NCBI GenBank assembly: GCA_021158185.1
Contig: JAGGVC010000099.1
Location: 1,016-65,015, forward strand
Direction: 5' to 3'
Origin: a bacterium
GTDB taxonomy: Bacteria > 4484-113 > JAGGVC01
DNA: 64,000 bases
Below are positions 9,492-18,371 of this stretch, one piece after another; the stretch's first letter is position 1; each line of letters opens with the position of its first letter. The notes beneath the pieces were generated by a model. It did no database searches and was not told the origin of the DNA. It worked only from the letters and a program-made list of their open reading frames with translations. The position numbers and the translations under genes were made by a program.

Positions 9492-10394
9492 TTACACGTA
9501 CAGCGCCACGGCAAAATCCGCGATGATGTGAATGAGTATTGCAGGAACGACGCTTCTTGTTTTGATCGTGAGCCACCCAAGCACCAGCCCGAAGATGAAC
9601 GAGAGAGCAATTCCTGTCGCACCTGAAGGTACTCCTTCGTAATGGATCATGCCGAAGAGCAGCGCCTGATAAAGGACTGAAAATCCGAGCGGGAACGCTC
9701 TTGAAAGCACACCGAGCATTAGGCTTCTGAACCATAGTTCTTCCATTGCCCCGTTCGCAAGTGAAAAAAGGAGCGGCGATGCGAGAACAAGCGGAAATCC
9801 ATCCTGCCCCGTGATGTTGAGCTTGTGTCCAGCGAAGTGAAAGTAAGCAACGAGTACGATAATAGTCAGAAACGAGAAGACAGCGATGAGCCAGAAGGAT
9901 TTTCGCAGATTGAAACCTGTGAGGTAGAGGTGTTTGTGATGATAGCCGGATGCCCGCAGGTAAAGGATCACGGCTGCGATTACCAGGTAGTTTGATGCAT
10001 AGTACAGGAAGTTGGGATCACCGGGCAACATCGAGCCAAGAAGCAGGAAGAGAATTAGAGAAATGGCGGGACGGAGCATCAGAAGAGCGATGATGACCGC
10101 GATCAGACGCGCGACAGGATGATGCCTCGAAAAAACCGCGGCTAGATAAGCGATTAAGAGAAATAGCCCGGCCCAAACCTGCCAGCGCGTGAAGAGGGCG
10201 GGTGGTGAGGACGTCTCGAACAGGAGGAATACAAGCGGCTGGATGGCAACGATGAAAACGAATATGGCAGGTAGCTTCGCAGCAACAGCGCTTTTCCCTG
10301 TCAGCTTAGAGCTTTGTTTCGGTGATTCCGCAGCGTCGTTGTCGGGCGAGAGAAGGGCGCGTTCCGAATTGTGCTGTTCGTTATCGTTCTTCAC
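9492..10394 (-). CDS. CPBP-family (CAAX protease / Abi) intramembrane glutamic endopeptidase
   Basis: A polytopic membrane protein with EELWFRS...FGMIHY...HIIADF, the EExxxR, FxxxH and HxxxD/N motifs of CPBP proteases. Confidence 0.7.
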   Translation of the reverse strand: MKNDNEQHNSERALLSPDNDAAESPKQSSKLTGKSAVAAKLPAIFVFIVAIQPLVFLLFETSSPPALFTRWQVWAGLFLLIAYLAAVFSRHHPVARLIAVIIALLMLRPAISLILFLLLGSMLPGDPNFLYYASNYLVIAAVILYLRASGYHHKHLYLTGFNLRKSFWLIAVFSFLTIIVLVAYFHFAGHKLNITGQDGFPLVLASPLLFSLANGAMEELWFRSLMLGVLSRAFPLGFSVLYQALLFGMIHYEGVPSGATGIALSFIFGLVLGWLTIKTRSVVPAILIHIIADFAVALYV

Positions 10395-10402
10395 GCAGAT
10401 CC

Positions 10403-12310
10403 TTACGCCGTTTCCAGGTTGTCGCCCGCGGCAGTTTCCTCGGACGATGCTTCGTCCGCGTCATCACTATCTTCGCCCAGTGATGCATCGCCCGTTACAG
10501 CTTCATCCTGAATCTCCGTCTTGTCACCTTCTGGAGTATCGGCCTCGCATAAACCCGTCCAGATAAACGGATCGGGCAAGCTTTCAGTTGGGACCTCGAC
10601 AGACCAGAAAGTAAAGGGCAAAGCGTTTTCCGGGCGCGCAAAATCGATCCTCTGCTCAACTACCGCATCTTCCGACATGAAATGGTGGTTTTCGACGAGC
10701 ATGCCTTCACCCTCGCCGTATTCAAGAGGGATCATAACCGTAACGTTTACTTCCTTCACGATACCCGTTTCGGATGACACTTTGAAGCTAAGCCCGCCCA
10801 AGTCCGCTTCGGTTTCAGCAGTGTATTTGCCGACGGTTTCAACAGAGGATTCAAGATACTTCTTGCAGTATCGAAGCGGATCCTTGCCGCGAAGATCGTG
10901 ATAGAGGATCTTGCCTTCGGGCGAAATTACCCATGTGTTCGGTATGTAATTAACACCGTATCGCGTAGTAGCGGGTTGCTCCCAACCGTCGCCCGTGTAA
11001 ATAACGGGATAGTTGATTCCATATTCCTCGATCATCTCCTTTAGCGCGTCTTCCTCGCCTTCGTTGTCCAGGCTGGCACTGAGCACCTGGAACCTGTCGC
11101 CGCCTAACGTTTCTTGCAGTTCGACTACGTTCGGAAATTCATACACGCATGGCCCGCACCATGTAGCCCAAAAGTCAATGAAAACGAGTTTGCCTCTGAA
11201 ATCGGATAGCGCAATTGATTCGCCGGTCAGAAAATCCGGGCCTTCAATTTCGTGAGCATCTTCTCCGAAGAATTCGAGATACGCAATCACACCTTCCGAT
11301 GCGAACCTGTCGCCATAGATCAGAAGCTCCTTTACTCTTGAAACGAATACAGGATTTTCGTCAATCGGAATATCGTCCAGGTCGGTAATCGCACCATCGA
11401 ACGGATATCTTGCATGCTGCTCGATGCAGGCGGCTGCTGCATTGACATAAGTTCCCCACGCATCGCTCTCCTTTCCGAGTCTCAGCTCGGCGAGAGCTTG
11501 GTTGAATTGTGCGTAGTATGCAGAAGGATCGGCAATCACTGCCTGCTTGCTGAAAAGATACGCGCGCTCGAAGTTGCCGTCCTCGTATTCCATCCATCCG
11601 AGCTGTCCTGTGTATCGGGAAGCAGACGGGTCTATCTTGATGAGCTGGTTGTATATCTCCTTCATTTCGTTTCTATCGTCGGTTGTGTTCAGAAGCCCGA
11701 CATATGCATCTTCGTTTTCTCCATCAAGCGCAATTGCGCAGTTGAAGTACTCTTTTGCCGCCAGCCTGTCATTTTCGATTCTGAGCATCATCCTTCCGGC
11801 ATCGATATGGCATTGAGGATCATCGGGCCAAGCTTCCGCAAGACTCACGTATATCCCTAGTGAGCGCTTGGGATCGTCTCGATAAATGAGCCTGGCAAGC
11901 GCGCGCTGAACTTGTTTGTCGTTTGCAAAGGAATCGCCAAGACCTTCGAGATACGCGATCGCAACTTCAGGCGTTTCGGTTCTCGCAATCGAGTTAGCAA
12001 CGAGCGCGCGCATTGCGCCGTTTGAGGGATCGTTTGCCAGCGCCTTTTTTGCAAGTTCGCGCGCCTCTTCGTATTCCTTTTTCTTGAATGCATCTTTCGC
12101 CTCGTCGATCAACTCCTGCTGCATAGACTCACTACGGAGCTTTGGTGAGAACTTCATCGCCATATTCTGCCTGTAGGATTCAAAGTAGCTTTGCTGGTCA
12201 AGGCCGAGCATGGTCACATCCATGTAAGTTGCGAAGTAGATGAGGAATAGGCCAAATGCGACCAAAAGCACGATGCCAACGATGGATGTGATCACATTCC
12301 CGCGCTTCAT
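10403..12310 (-). CDS. TPR-repeat and TlpA-like thioredoxin-fold fusion protein with an acidic C-terminal tail
   Basis: The N-terminal transmembrane anchor is followed by several TPR-like repeats. The thioredoxin/TlpA block reads FIDFWATWCGPC. The tail is Asp/Glu-rich (DASLGEDSDDADEASSEETAAGD). Confidence 0.7.
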   Translation of the reverse strand: MKRGNVITSIVGIVLLVAFGLFLIYFATYMDVTMLGLDQQSYFESYRQNMAMKFSPKLRSESMQQELIDEAKDAFKKKEYEEARELAKKALANDPSNGAMRALVANSIARTETPEVAIAYLEGLGDSFANDKQVQRALARLIYRDDPKRSLGIYVSLAEAWPDDPQCHIDAGRMMLRIENDRLAAKEYFNCAIALDGENEDAYVGLLNTTDDRNEMKEIYNQLIKIDPSASRYTGQLGWMEYEDGNFERAYLFSKQAVIADPSAYYAQFNQALAELRLGKESDAWGTYVNAAAACIEQHARYPFDGAITDLDDIPIDENPVFVSRVKELLIYGDRFASEGVIAYLEFFGEDAHEIEGPDFLTGESIALSDFRGKLVFIDFWATWCGPCVYEFPNVVELQETLGGDRFQVLSASLDNEGEEDALKEMIEEYGINYPVIYTGDGWEQPATTRYGVNYIPNTWVISPEGKILYHDLRGKDPLRYCKKYLESSVETVGKYTAETEADLGGLSFKVSSETGIVKEVNVTVMIPLEYGEGEGMLVENHHFMSEDAVVEQRIDFARPENALPFTFWSVEVPTESLPDPFIWTGLCEADTPEGDKTEIQDEAVTGDASLGEDSDDADEASSEETAAGDNLETA

Positions 12311-12346
12311 AACAACCTCCAGAGATTCTCGAGATAAGGCGGGCTG

Positions 12347-12355
12347 ATTCTATCA
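12347..12355 (-). promoter_or_regulatory. Extended -10 element (TGATAGAAT) upstream of the TPR-TlpA gene
   Basis: The minus strand reads cTGaTAGAAT. A GGAGG Shine-Dalgarno lies 5 nt before the ATG at 12310. It is in the 123-nt gap after the cyclase gene. Confidence 0.3.
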
Positions 12356-12433
12356 GAATAGTGGCAGATAGAAAAATGGTATTAAGGGAAACTCTTTGTT
12401 GGAGCAAGTGTGAGCAAATCCTTGCAAGTGCAA

Positions 12434-14452
12434 CTACTGTTTCTGCTTGTTTTCATCTAAGGGCTTTCCAAGCTTCAGATCGGTCAGCCCGGGTATTTCG
12501 GGATGCTCGACCCAATATATGGATTCGGCGCGCTCGCGCCCTTTAACCTTGACCGTTGCAAGGTGGTGGCAGGGAATGTCGTTCTTAACAATCTCGAAAG
12601 CATCCTCGCTGATTATTACTGCCTTCTTATATTCCTTGGTGGTTGCTTCAAGCCTGCTCGCCAGATTGACTGCGTCGCCGATGATGCTGTAGTCCGTGCG
12701 CCGGACACTTCCGATGTTGCCCATAATCACGTGCCCGTGGTGGATTCCGATACCGATTTCGAACTCCGGCACACCGATCTCGCGCATCCGCGGATGCACT
12801 TTTTCCCGCAGGTTTTTTATCATCGCAAGAGCGCACATCACGCTGTCGAGAGCTGGATTTTCGGCAGGTACGGGTGCTCCGAAAACCGCCATAATTCCGT
12901 CGCCCATAAACTTGTCCACATATCCGCCGTGCGCGTCGATGATATGGCTTGTCGATTCAAAGAACTCGTTCAAGAATGCCAGCACATCCTCCGGCTTCAT
13001 ATTCTCGCTGATCGTCGAGAAGTTCCTTATATCGCTGAAGAGAACAGCAACAACTCGGTCTTCTCCGCCCAATAATGCGAGTTTCGGATTACTAATGATT
13101 TCGTTTACAACAGCCTCGCTTACATACCTTCCGAAGGTTCGGCGGATTTTGGCCTTTTCACGCTCTTCCGTAACAACCTTGTACGCGAGCGTAGAGCCGA
13201 AGCTCAATGCAATAGTGAACACGGTGTATGTGCAGTTCATCAAGAGCTGCCACCATACGAAGCCCATAAAGATGAAAGCGGTGATGATAGCGAGGGCGAT
13301 TATGCCTGCGAAAGGCGCGAACTTACTCGGCATGTAGTACGCAAGGTGCCCGGCAATCAGCGAGAAGATAATCAGGCTTACGATTGTCGCCCATATTGGA
13401 ATAAGGCGGATGTGTTTCCCTGAAAGGAAGGTCTGGAAAGCGCTGGCGTTCGTTTCAACTCCGAACATCTTATCCGTAAAAGGTGTAGAGAAATAATCGT
13501 TGTCGGCTTCGGAAAACGAGCCGACAAAAACGAACGTGCCTTCAAAATCCCCGGAATCAACGAACGTGCCTTCAGTATTCATCTCAAGACGCTTTGCTGT
13601 TTCACCTTCTTCCCATTCATCGTCGGCATTTTCCGCCGACTCGCCGGTTAACGGGTTTATGCCGGAAAGCACTTCGGGAAAAAGTTTCACATACTGGACG
13701 CTCTTGATGCGTTTTGACCTGCCGCCGAAGTAGTTGACGTACATGAAGCCGTTCTCGTCGATTCCATGCTCTGCAGGAATGAACGCTCGACCTTCGCTTT
13801 CAAGCAAGAGCCTGAACATTTGGGTTGCCTGTGAGTAGTAAACTGCATCCTGATATTCGATGATAGCCCGTTCCCTGTCGCGGTATGATCCTTTGCCTTT
13901 CTCGACGGATATGGTGGAAGTGTTTGCCAGTCCTAGGATCGGATCGGCTGCCATCAAGGTTCGGTTTGGCTCGAGGAATGTAAGCTGGCTGTATACTCCC
14001 GATTTGGACTCAGGCAGTGCAGAAGCAAGGATGACTTCGGTTCCCTTCGATCGGGCATAGAGAATCGCGTCTCGAAACGCTTCATCGTCTTCTTGCCCGT
14101 GCATGCTGTTCATATCGAAAAGCAGGTCGAAACAGACATACCGCGCGCCTGAATCCGTCAGACTGCGCAGGATTTTTCCCTGAAGCTCGCGCGGAAATGG
14201 ATATGAAACGCCAAGTTCTTGGAGCGCGCTTATGGAGTTGTCGTCGATCTGCACGATGCGGATTCTCGGATCCGCGTCAAGCTCTCCACGTAGTTGGAAG
14301 CGTGCCTTAATTAGGGGTATTTCGATTGTATCGTTGTATTTGAAAAGACCCGCGATAAGTACTGCGCCGAGAAGTCCGACCAGAGACAGTGCGATTACAA
14401 CAAGCCCCTGCTTCTTGAAGACGTTTGGAGTTGTCACGCCGGGCTTCATCAT
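12434..14452 (-). CDS. CHASE2-sensor class-III adenylate/guanylate cyclase
   Basis: The order is one transmembrane segment, a periplasmic domain of about 330 aa, three transmembrane segments, then the cyclase catalytic domain (VLFSDIRNFSTISE...YVDKFMGDGIMAVFGAP...IGIHHGHVIMGNIG). This topology matches the CHASE2 architecture. Confidence 0.7.
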   Translation of the reverse strand: MMKPGVTTPNVFKKQGLVVIALSLVGLLGAVLIAGLFKYNDTIEIPLIKARFQLRGELDADPRIRIVQIDDNSISALQELGVSYPFPRELQGKILRSLTDSGARYVCFDLLFDMNSMHGQEDDEAFRDAILYARSKGTEVILASALPESKSGVYSQLTFLEPNRTLMAADPILGLANTSTISVEKGKGSYRDRERAIIEYQDAVYYSQATQMFRLLLESEGRAFIPAEHGIDENGFMYVNYFGGRSKRIKSVQYVKLFPEVLSGINPLTGESAENADDEWEEGETAKRLEMNTEGTFVDSGDFEGTFVFVGSFSEADNDYFSTPFTDKMFGVETNASAFQTFLSGKHIRLIPIWATIVSLIIFSLIAGHLAYYMPSKFAPFAGIIALAIITAFIFMGFVWWQLLMNCTYTVFTIALSFGSTLAYKVVTEEREKAKIRRTFGRYVSEAVVNEIISNPKLALLGGEDRVVAVLFSDIRNFSTISENMKPEDVLAFLNEFFESTSHIIDAHGGYVDKFMGDGIMAVFGAPVPAENPALDSVMCALAMIKNLREKVHPRMREIGVPEFEIGIGIHHGHVIMGNIGSVRRTDYSIIGDAVNLASRLEATTKEYKKAVIISEDAFEIVKNDIPCHHLATVKVKGRERAESIYWVEHPEIPGLTDLKLGKPLDENKQKQ

Positions 14453-14462
14453 GCTGCCCCGA

Positions 14463-16418
14463 TTACGCGGCGCCTAAAACTTCGATCAGGGAATCCTCAC
14501 GTAGTACGGATATTTCTATTTCGCCTGGGCCTGTGAATGTCGTTTCGAGCAGATCGAGCGGAGAAACCGAGCCTTCCTGCCCTCTAACCCTGAACTCTAA
14601 TTCGCAAAGAACGCCGCTTCCCTGAATGAAGCCCATGTCGCGGTTGATTCTGCCGCTTATCGTCACTTCGCCCGGGGCCGTGTCGCCGAAGAAAAGGACC
14701 GAGTTCGTCCAGAACAGCCCTGTGTGTCCAGCCTCGAATTCGAGAATGCTCGGATCGAATCTAAGGCGAATTGCTACATCCTGCAAGGCTGCTTCAGAAT
14801 CAACGTATAACTCGACGCGGAGAAGATCGTCCGGGCGAACGGTTGTCGTTGCAGGCGCGACGCGGCAAAGAGCGGTTCCTCCTTCGGCAAGACGTAGGTC
14901 GAATGTCCCTCTTCTGCTTGCGATTAGCTGTGTGACGAGTTGTGCTGGAATCTTGTCACCGCCCAGGTCTACCATAGTGCTTTCGACTTCGCCTGTTACG
15001 TACCAGGTGAGTGTAACCTGATTCGTGTCGGCAAAAAGCTGAGCGAAATTGCCCTGGGCAGGATCGAGAAGTGATTCCACGGTAAGCGTGACTTGATCAC
15101 TCGTTGCCGGTTGGGAGTACTCGACTCCTCCTGATTCGATCCATATGCGGTAATTATTCACAAGGTCGCTTTCAAGCGGCTCAAATGCGAATTCGATAGC
15201 GTATTCGGCTGGCCAGCTGAATACTTCGCCGTCCTGGGGTGCAAGCAGGCTGATGAAGCCGTCCATATCGTTATTCAGGTTAGGATCAATCCCGAGCGTG
15301 ATTTCGAGTGCGTCGGAAAGCCCGTCGCCGTCACTGTCGATCTGCCCGCCTCGAATTCCGAGACTCGGGTCGCCTTCGGGGAGCAGTCCGGTGAGTCTGT
15401 CAACCGTATCATCCGGGTTACTTAAGAACTGGGAGATGTAGTACTCGATCTCATCGAGCATATCTTCGATATGTTCGATTATTTTGATGACTTCCGCGAG
15501 AGACAGAAGTGACGGCACTGCGGATTCCCCGCGAAGATCAATTTTCACGCCCCGCCCGCGAACGTAATCGGGAGCCATCATTTCGAGTATCGATTCCGAA
15601 AGCATGTTGAGAGCATCGCGATAGCCTGGAATGTTGCGGTAGATGAGCGTCATTCCTGCGACGTAGTCATCCTCATAGTAGTCCAGGAATTCGCCGTGTG
15701 AGCGGCTTACATCGTTCTCGAGGCGCTGAAGCTCGATCAGCCACGCTTCAAGCTCAAGTTCGAGATTTTCGGCTTCTATTTCATCAGGAATGCCGAAGCC
15801 GCTTTCGACATCGGCAAGTGTCAGACTCGTCGGTTCGGGATCGGTCGGTGTTCCGCCCGGCGGCACCGTGGATTCAAATCCTGCAGGCACAATTTGGGTG
15901 ATGCCCCCGGCAGTGAGCTCGGCATCATCCTCGAATGCAACAAGAAGAAGCTCGCCATCGAGGCTTATGAATTCAGCCCAGATCGTTCCCCTCACTACTG
16001 CCAGTGCACCCGGTGACTCGACTTCAAACGTCGAACCTGGGCTTAGAGCTTGTTTGAGGTTGAAGAGAAAATCACCGGTCAGTGCCTTGACCTTTCCTCC
16101 GCCGTCGGGGGAAAGAGCTTTAATGTCCAGAAGCGAGTTTTCCTTGATAAGGATGATCGTTTCGCCCGGGAAGAGGAGCTGAACCTTGCCGCCTTTCAGC
16201 GTGCGGATCATGTCGCCGGAATTCAGAACCAGATCGGGTTCTGAGCGTTCCCATTGCTTCTTTCCGGTGAGTTTAACTTCGACTTTGCCAGCCTGCCTGA
16301 CTACGGTTGCAGTCAAATCGTCATCGGCAATCGCTTGCCCGATGCATGTGGTGGCCAGAGCCGTAATCAGAAGTAGGACTAATGCAAATTTCGATGCAAG
16401 GAGTTTCATGGTGTTCAT
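14463..16418 (-). CDS. Secreted FecR-domain protein with a central Ca-binding (TSP3/dockerin-like) motif and a C-terminal cohesin-like domain
   Basis: Signal peptide. An FecR-like beta-rich region spans residues 35-150 (VVRQAGKVEVK...LVLNSGDMIRTLKGGKVQLLF...AVVRGTIWAEF). The motif DSDGDGLSDALE follows. The C-terminal segment is VRPDDLLRVELYVDSEAALQDVAIRLRFDPSILEF...VLCELEFRV. There is an 11-nt gap to the cyclase gene. Confidence 0.55.
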   Translation of the reverse strand: MNTMKLLASKFALVLLLITALATTCIGQAIADDDLTATVVRQAGKVEVKLTGKKQWERSEPDLVLNSGDMIRTLKGGKVQLLFPGETIILIKENSLLDIKALSPDGGGKVKALTGDFLFNLKQALSPGSTFEVESPGALAVVRGTIWAEFISLDGELLLVAFEDDAELTAGGITQIVPAGFESTVPPGGTPTDPEPTSLTLADVESGFGIPDEIEAENLELELEAWLIELQRLENDVSRSHGEFLDYYEDDYVAGMTLIYRNIPGYRDALNMLSESILEMMAPDYVRGRGVKIDLRGESAVPSLLSLAEVIKIIEHIEDMLDEIEYYISQFLSNPDDTVDRLTGLLPEGDPSLGIRGGQIDSDGDGLSDALEITLGIDPNLNNDMDGFISLLAPQDGEVFSWPAEYAIEFAFEPLESDLVNNYRIWIESGGVEYSQPATSDQVTLTVESLLDPAQGNFAQLFADTNQVTLTWYVTGEVESTMVDLGGDKIPAQLVTQLIASRRGTFDLRLAEGGTALCRVAPATTTVRPDDLLRVELYVDSEAALQDVAIRLRFDPSILEFEAGHTGLFWTNSVLFFGDTAPGEVTISGRINRDMGFIQGSGVLCELEFRVRGQEGSVSPLDLLETTFTGPGEIEISVLREDSLIEVLGAA

Positions 16419-16421
16419 CTC

Positions 16422-18236
16422 CTAGAAGTTGAAGCCCAGACGGGCGTACATAAGCCAGTCGGTCACGTCAAGCTGGTTGTCGTAATCCCTGTCGAGATAA
16501 TCCGTACCTACCGAGAATCTCGAGTGTGGACTGACATACCAGGTAAGTTCAAGCGAAACGCGGTTGCTCGAATAAGCGTTCGTGGATGCTGCGTCGTCCT
16601 GAGACAGTTCGCTTATCGAGCCGAGGAGCCGCAGCCGGAATTGCTTCCAATACTTGCTGTAGCTTGCCTGGAATTCGCCGAGCGTGTAATTCCGGAAGTC
16701 GTTCTCGCTGTAATCCTGGCTGGTTACCGAATACTCGGCGCCTACGCTTCCGGATCCTGGGAACGCATATGTGAATCCCGCGCGCATCCTGGTTCTATCG
16801 AAGCTTATTCCATTATCGAAGTAATCGTAAGCGTCGAAAGTTCCCTGAGCGAATAGTCTCAGGCGGGCTGATGCCTGGTAGTTCGTAAGTAGGGAAACCT
16901 GGCTCTGCTCGAGTTCGTAGGAATCTTCAAGAGCATAGTCCTTGTTTCTGTAAATTCCGCGCAGGTTGAAGCTGAGGTTGCTCCTCGGAGCGAGATAAAC
17001 GCGTCCTTCCCACTTCGTTTCGTCGAAGTCGTCTATTCCGGTCTCCGTCGCGCCCTGTGCGACGAGTTCGTTATGGTCGTTTGCGATGCTCTTGAAACGC
17101 AGGTCGCAGGTGAATTTCGACGAGTGATCCCATCGCGCGCCAAGCCCAAGGGTGTTTTCGGTGTAGGAAAGCGTCGGGCTGTCGTCGTAGTCCTTATCCG
17201 TGCCGTAATAATCAGCAGAAAGAACGACTCCGTTTGGCATGGATGCTTCCCATCCGACACGGTATCTGTTCGTATTCTGCGAGATGAGAGAGCCAATACC
17301 GTAATCGTATTCGTAGTGGTCATATTCAAGCTCTGCCGAATGCCGCAGGTTGATTTCATGGTGTATGAAAGCAGATAGCCTGTTGTAATCGTAGCTTCTT
17401 GCAGGATTCTGGTTATAGTCGCGATCTTCGACCTTTCCGCGCAACCTCAGATAGCTTCCGAGATTGCCGTAACCCTTGTTGAAATCGAGTTCGAGAAGCC
17501 ATTCGTCCCTGCTGTTCGTAGGAACATCAACACCGTCCACGCTTTTGTATTGCTCCCTGAGCGTCAGGTCTCCATCATTAAACTCGAACCTTTGACGCGC
17601 GGCAGTAGTCTGCGATCGGGTATTTGTAAGCCTGTGGTCGTGCTCACCGCGTTCCAGAAATTCAAGCGTAAGCCCATCCGCCCTTTTCCACGTGAAAGTC
17701 ACGCCGTAATCGCCGAGGCTCTGTTTCTCGTCGTACGCTTCCCCAAGAGCCGCCATCACGTCGCCGGATATTCCGAATCTCCACTGAGGCACTTCCGCTC
17801 CGAGCGATTCCGCGCGCGCCAGAAGATCGACAGCGATGGAATAATGGCCGTCGTAGATAATCATCAGGCGCTCGACAGCGTCGTTCACTTCGGATATTCG
17901 CCCCTGTTCCCGCGGCGTATATTCATCGAAATGATCGTGCCAATCGCTGAGTTGCGGCTCTATTTCGTCGATGTATTTCCTGATTCTGTCGAGCAGCACG
18001 ACAAATCCGCTGAGATCGGCCAGGTAATCCCCGAAGGATTCGGCAGGAGATCCGGCTTTCAGGTGAAATTCCACCTTCTCGGCAGCTTCGGAGCCTGCAG
18101 GAAGTGTGTTTCGCAGCTCTACTGCGAAGTCATTCAGAATATCGGTATACTCCGTCCATTCATCCTGAACCTGCGCAGAAAGCGGCAGCGCACAGACAAA
18201 AAGCAAAACTAATCCAATTGTAAGTACTCGCACCAT
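16422..18236 (-). CDS. Outer-membrane beta-barrel protein (unknown family)
   Basis: Signal peptide (MVRVLTIGLVLLFVCALPLSAQ). The N-terminal half is helical. The C-terminal half alternates amphipathic beta-strands rich in Y, S, D and N, and ends in ...MYARLGFNF, the aromatic terminal residue that is a BAM signature. The likely start is the ATG at the reverse complement of 18234-18236, with an AGAGGTGG Shine-Dalgarno. The track's TTG at 18266 is 10 codons upstream. There is a 3-nt gap to the FecR gene. Confidence 0.55.
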   Translation of the reverse strand: MVRVLTIGLVLLFVCALPLSAQVQDEWTEYTDILNDFAVELRNTLPAGSEAAEKVEFHLKAGSPAESFGDYLADLSGFVVLLDRIRKYIDEIEPQLSDWHDHFDEYTPREQGRISEVNDAVERLMIIYDGHYSIAVDLLARAESLGAEVPQWRFGISGDVMAALGEAYDEKQSLGDYGVTFTWKRADGLTLEFLERGEHDHRLTNTRSQTTAARQRFEFNDGDLTLREQYKSVDGVDVPTNSRDEWLLELDFNKGYGNLGSYLRLRGKVEDRDYNQNPARSYDYNRLSAFIHHEINLRHSAELEYDHYEYDYGIGSLISQNTNRYRVGWEASMPNGVVLSADYYGTDKDYDDSPTLSYTENTLGLGARWDHSSKFTCDLRFKSIANDHNELVAQGATETGIDDFDETKWEGRVYLAPRSNLSFNLRGIYRNKDYALEDSYELEQSQVSLLTNYQASARLRLFAQGTFDAYDYFDNGISFDRTRMRAGFTYAFPGSGSVGAEYSVTSQDYSENDFRNYTLGEFQASYSKYWKQFRLRLLGSISELSQDDAASTNAYSSNRVSLELTWYVSPHSRFSVGTDYLDRDYDNQLDVTDWLMYARLGFNF

Positions 18237-18292
18237 CCACCTCTCAGATGTCCGCTCACGCGGCAAGATTGCGATGCAGGGCTGAATGTTGA

Positions 18293-18321
18293 ATTCTATC
18301 TCTTATACGATGTAAATGCAA
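18293..18321 (-). promoter_or_regulatory. Sigma-70 promoter TTGCAT-17-TAGAAT for the outer-membrane / FecR / CHASE2-cyclase operon
   Basis: On the minus strand the -35 element TTGCAT is the reverse complement of 18316-18321. A 17-nt spacer follows. The -10 element TAGAAT is the reverse complement of 18293-18298. It lies about 55 nt upstream of the ATG at 18236. The region is shared divergently with the wecA-like gene. Confidence 0.5.
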
Positions 18322-18371
18322 TTGTCTATCCTATCCTTTTAACTGGAAACAAACATACGCCCTGAAGTATA

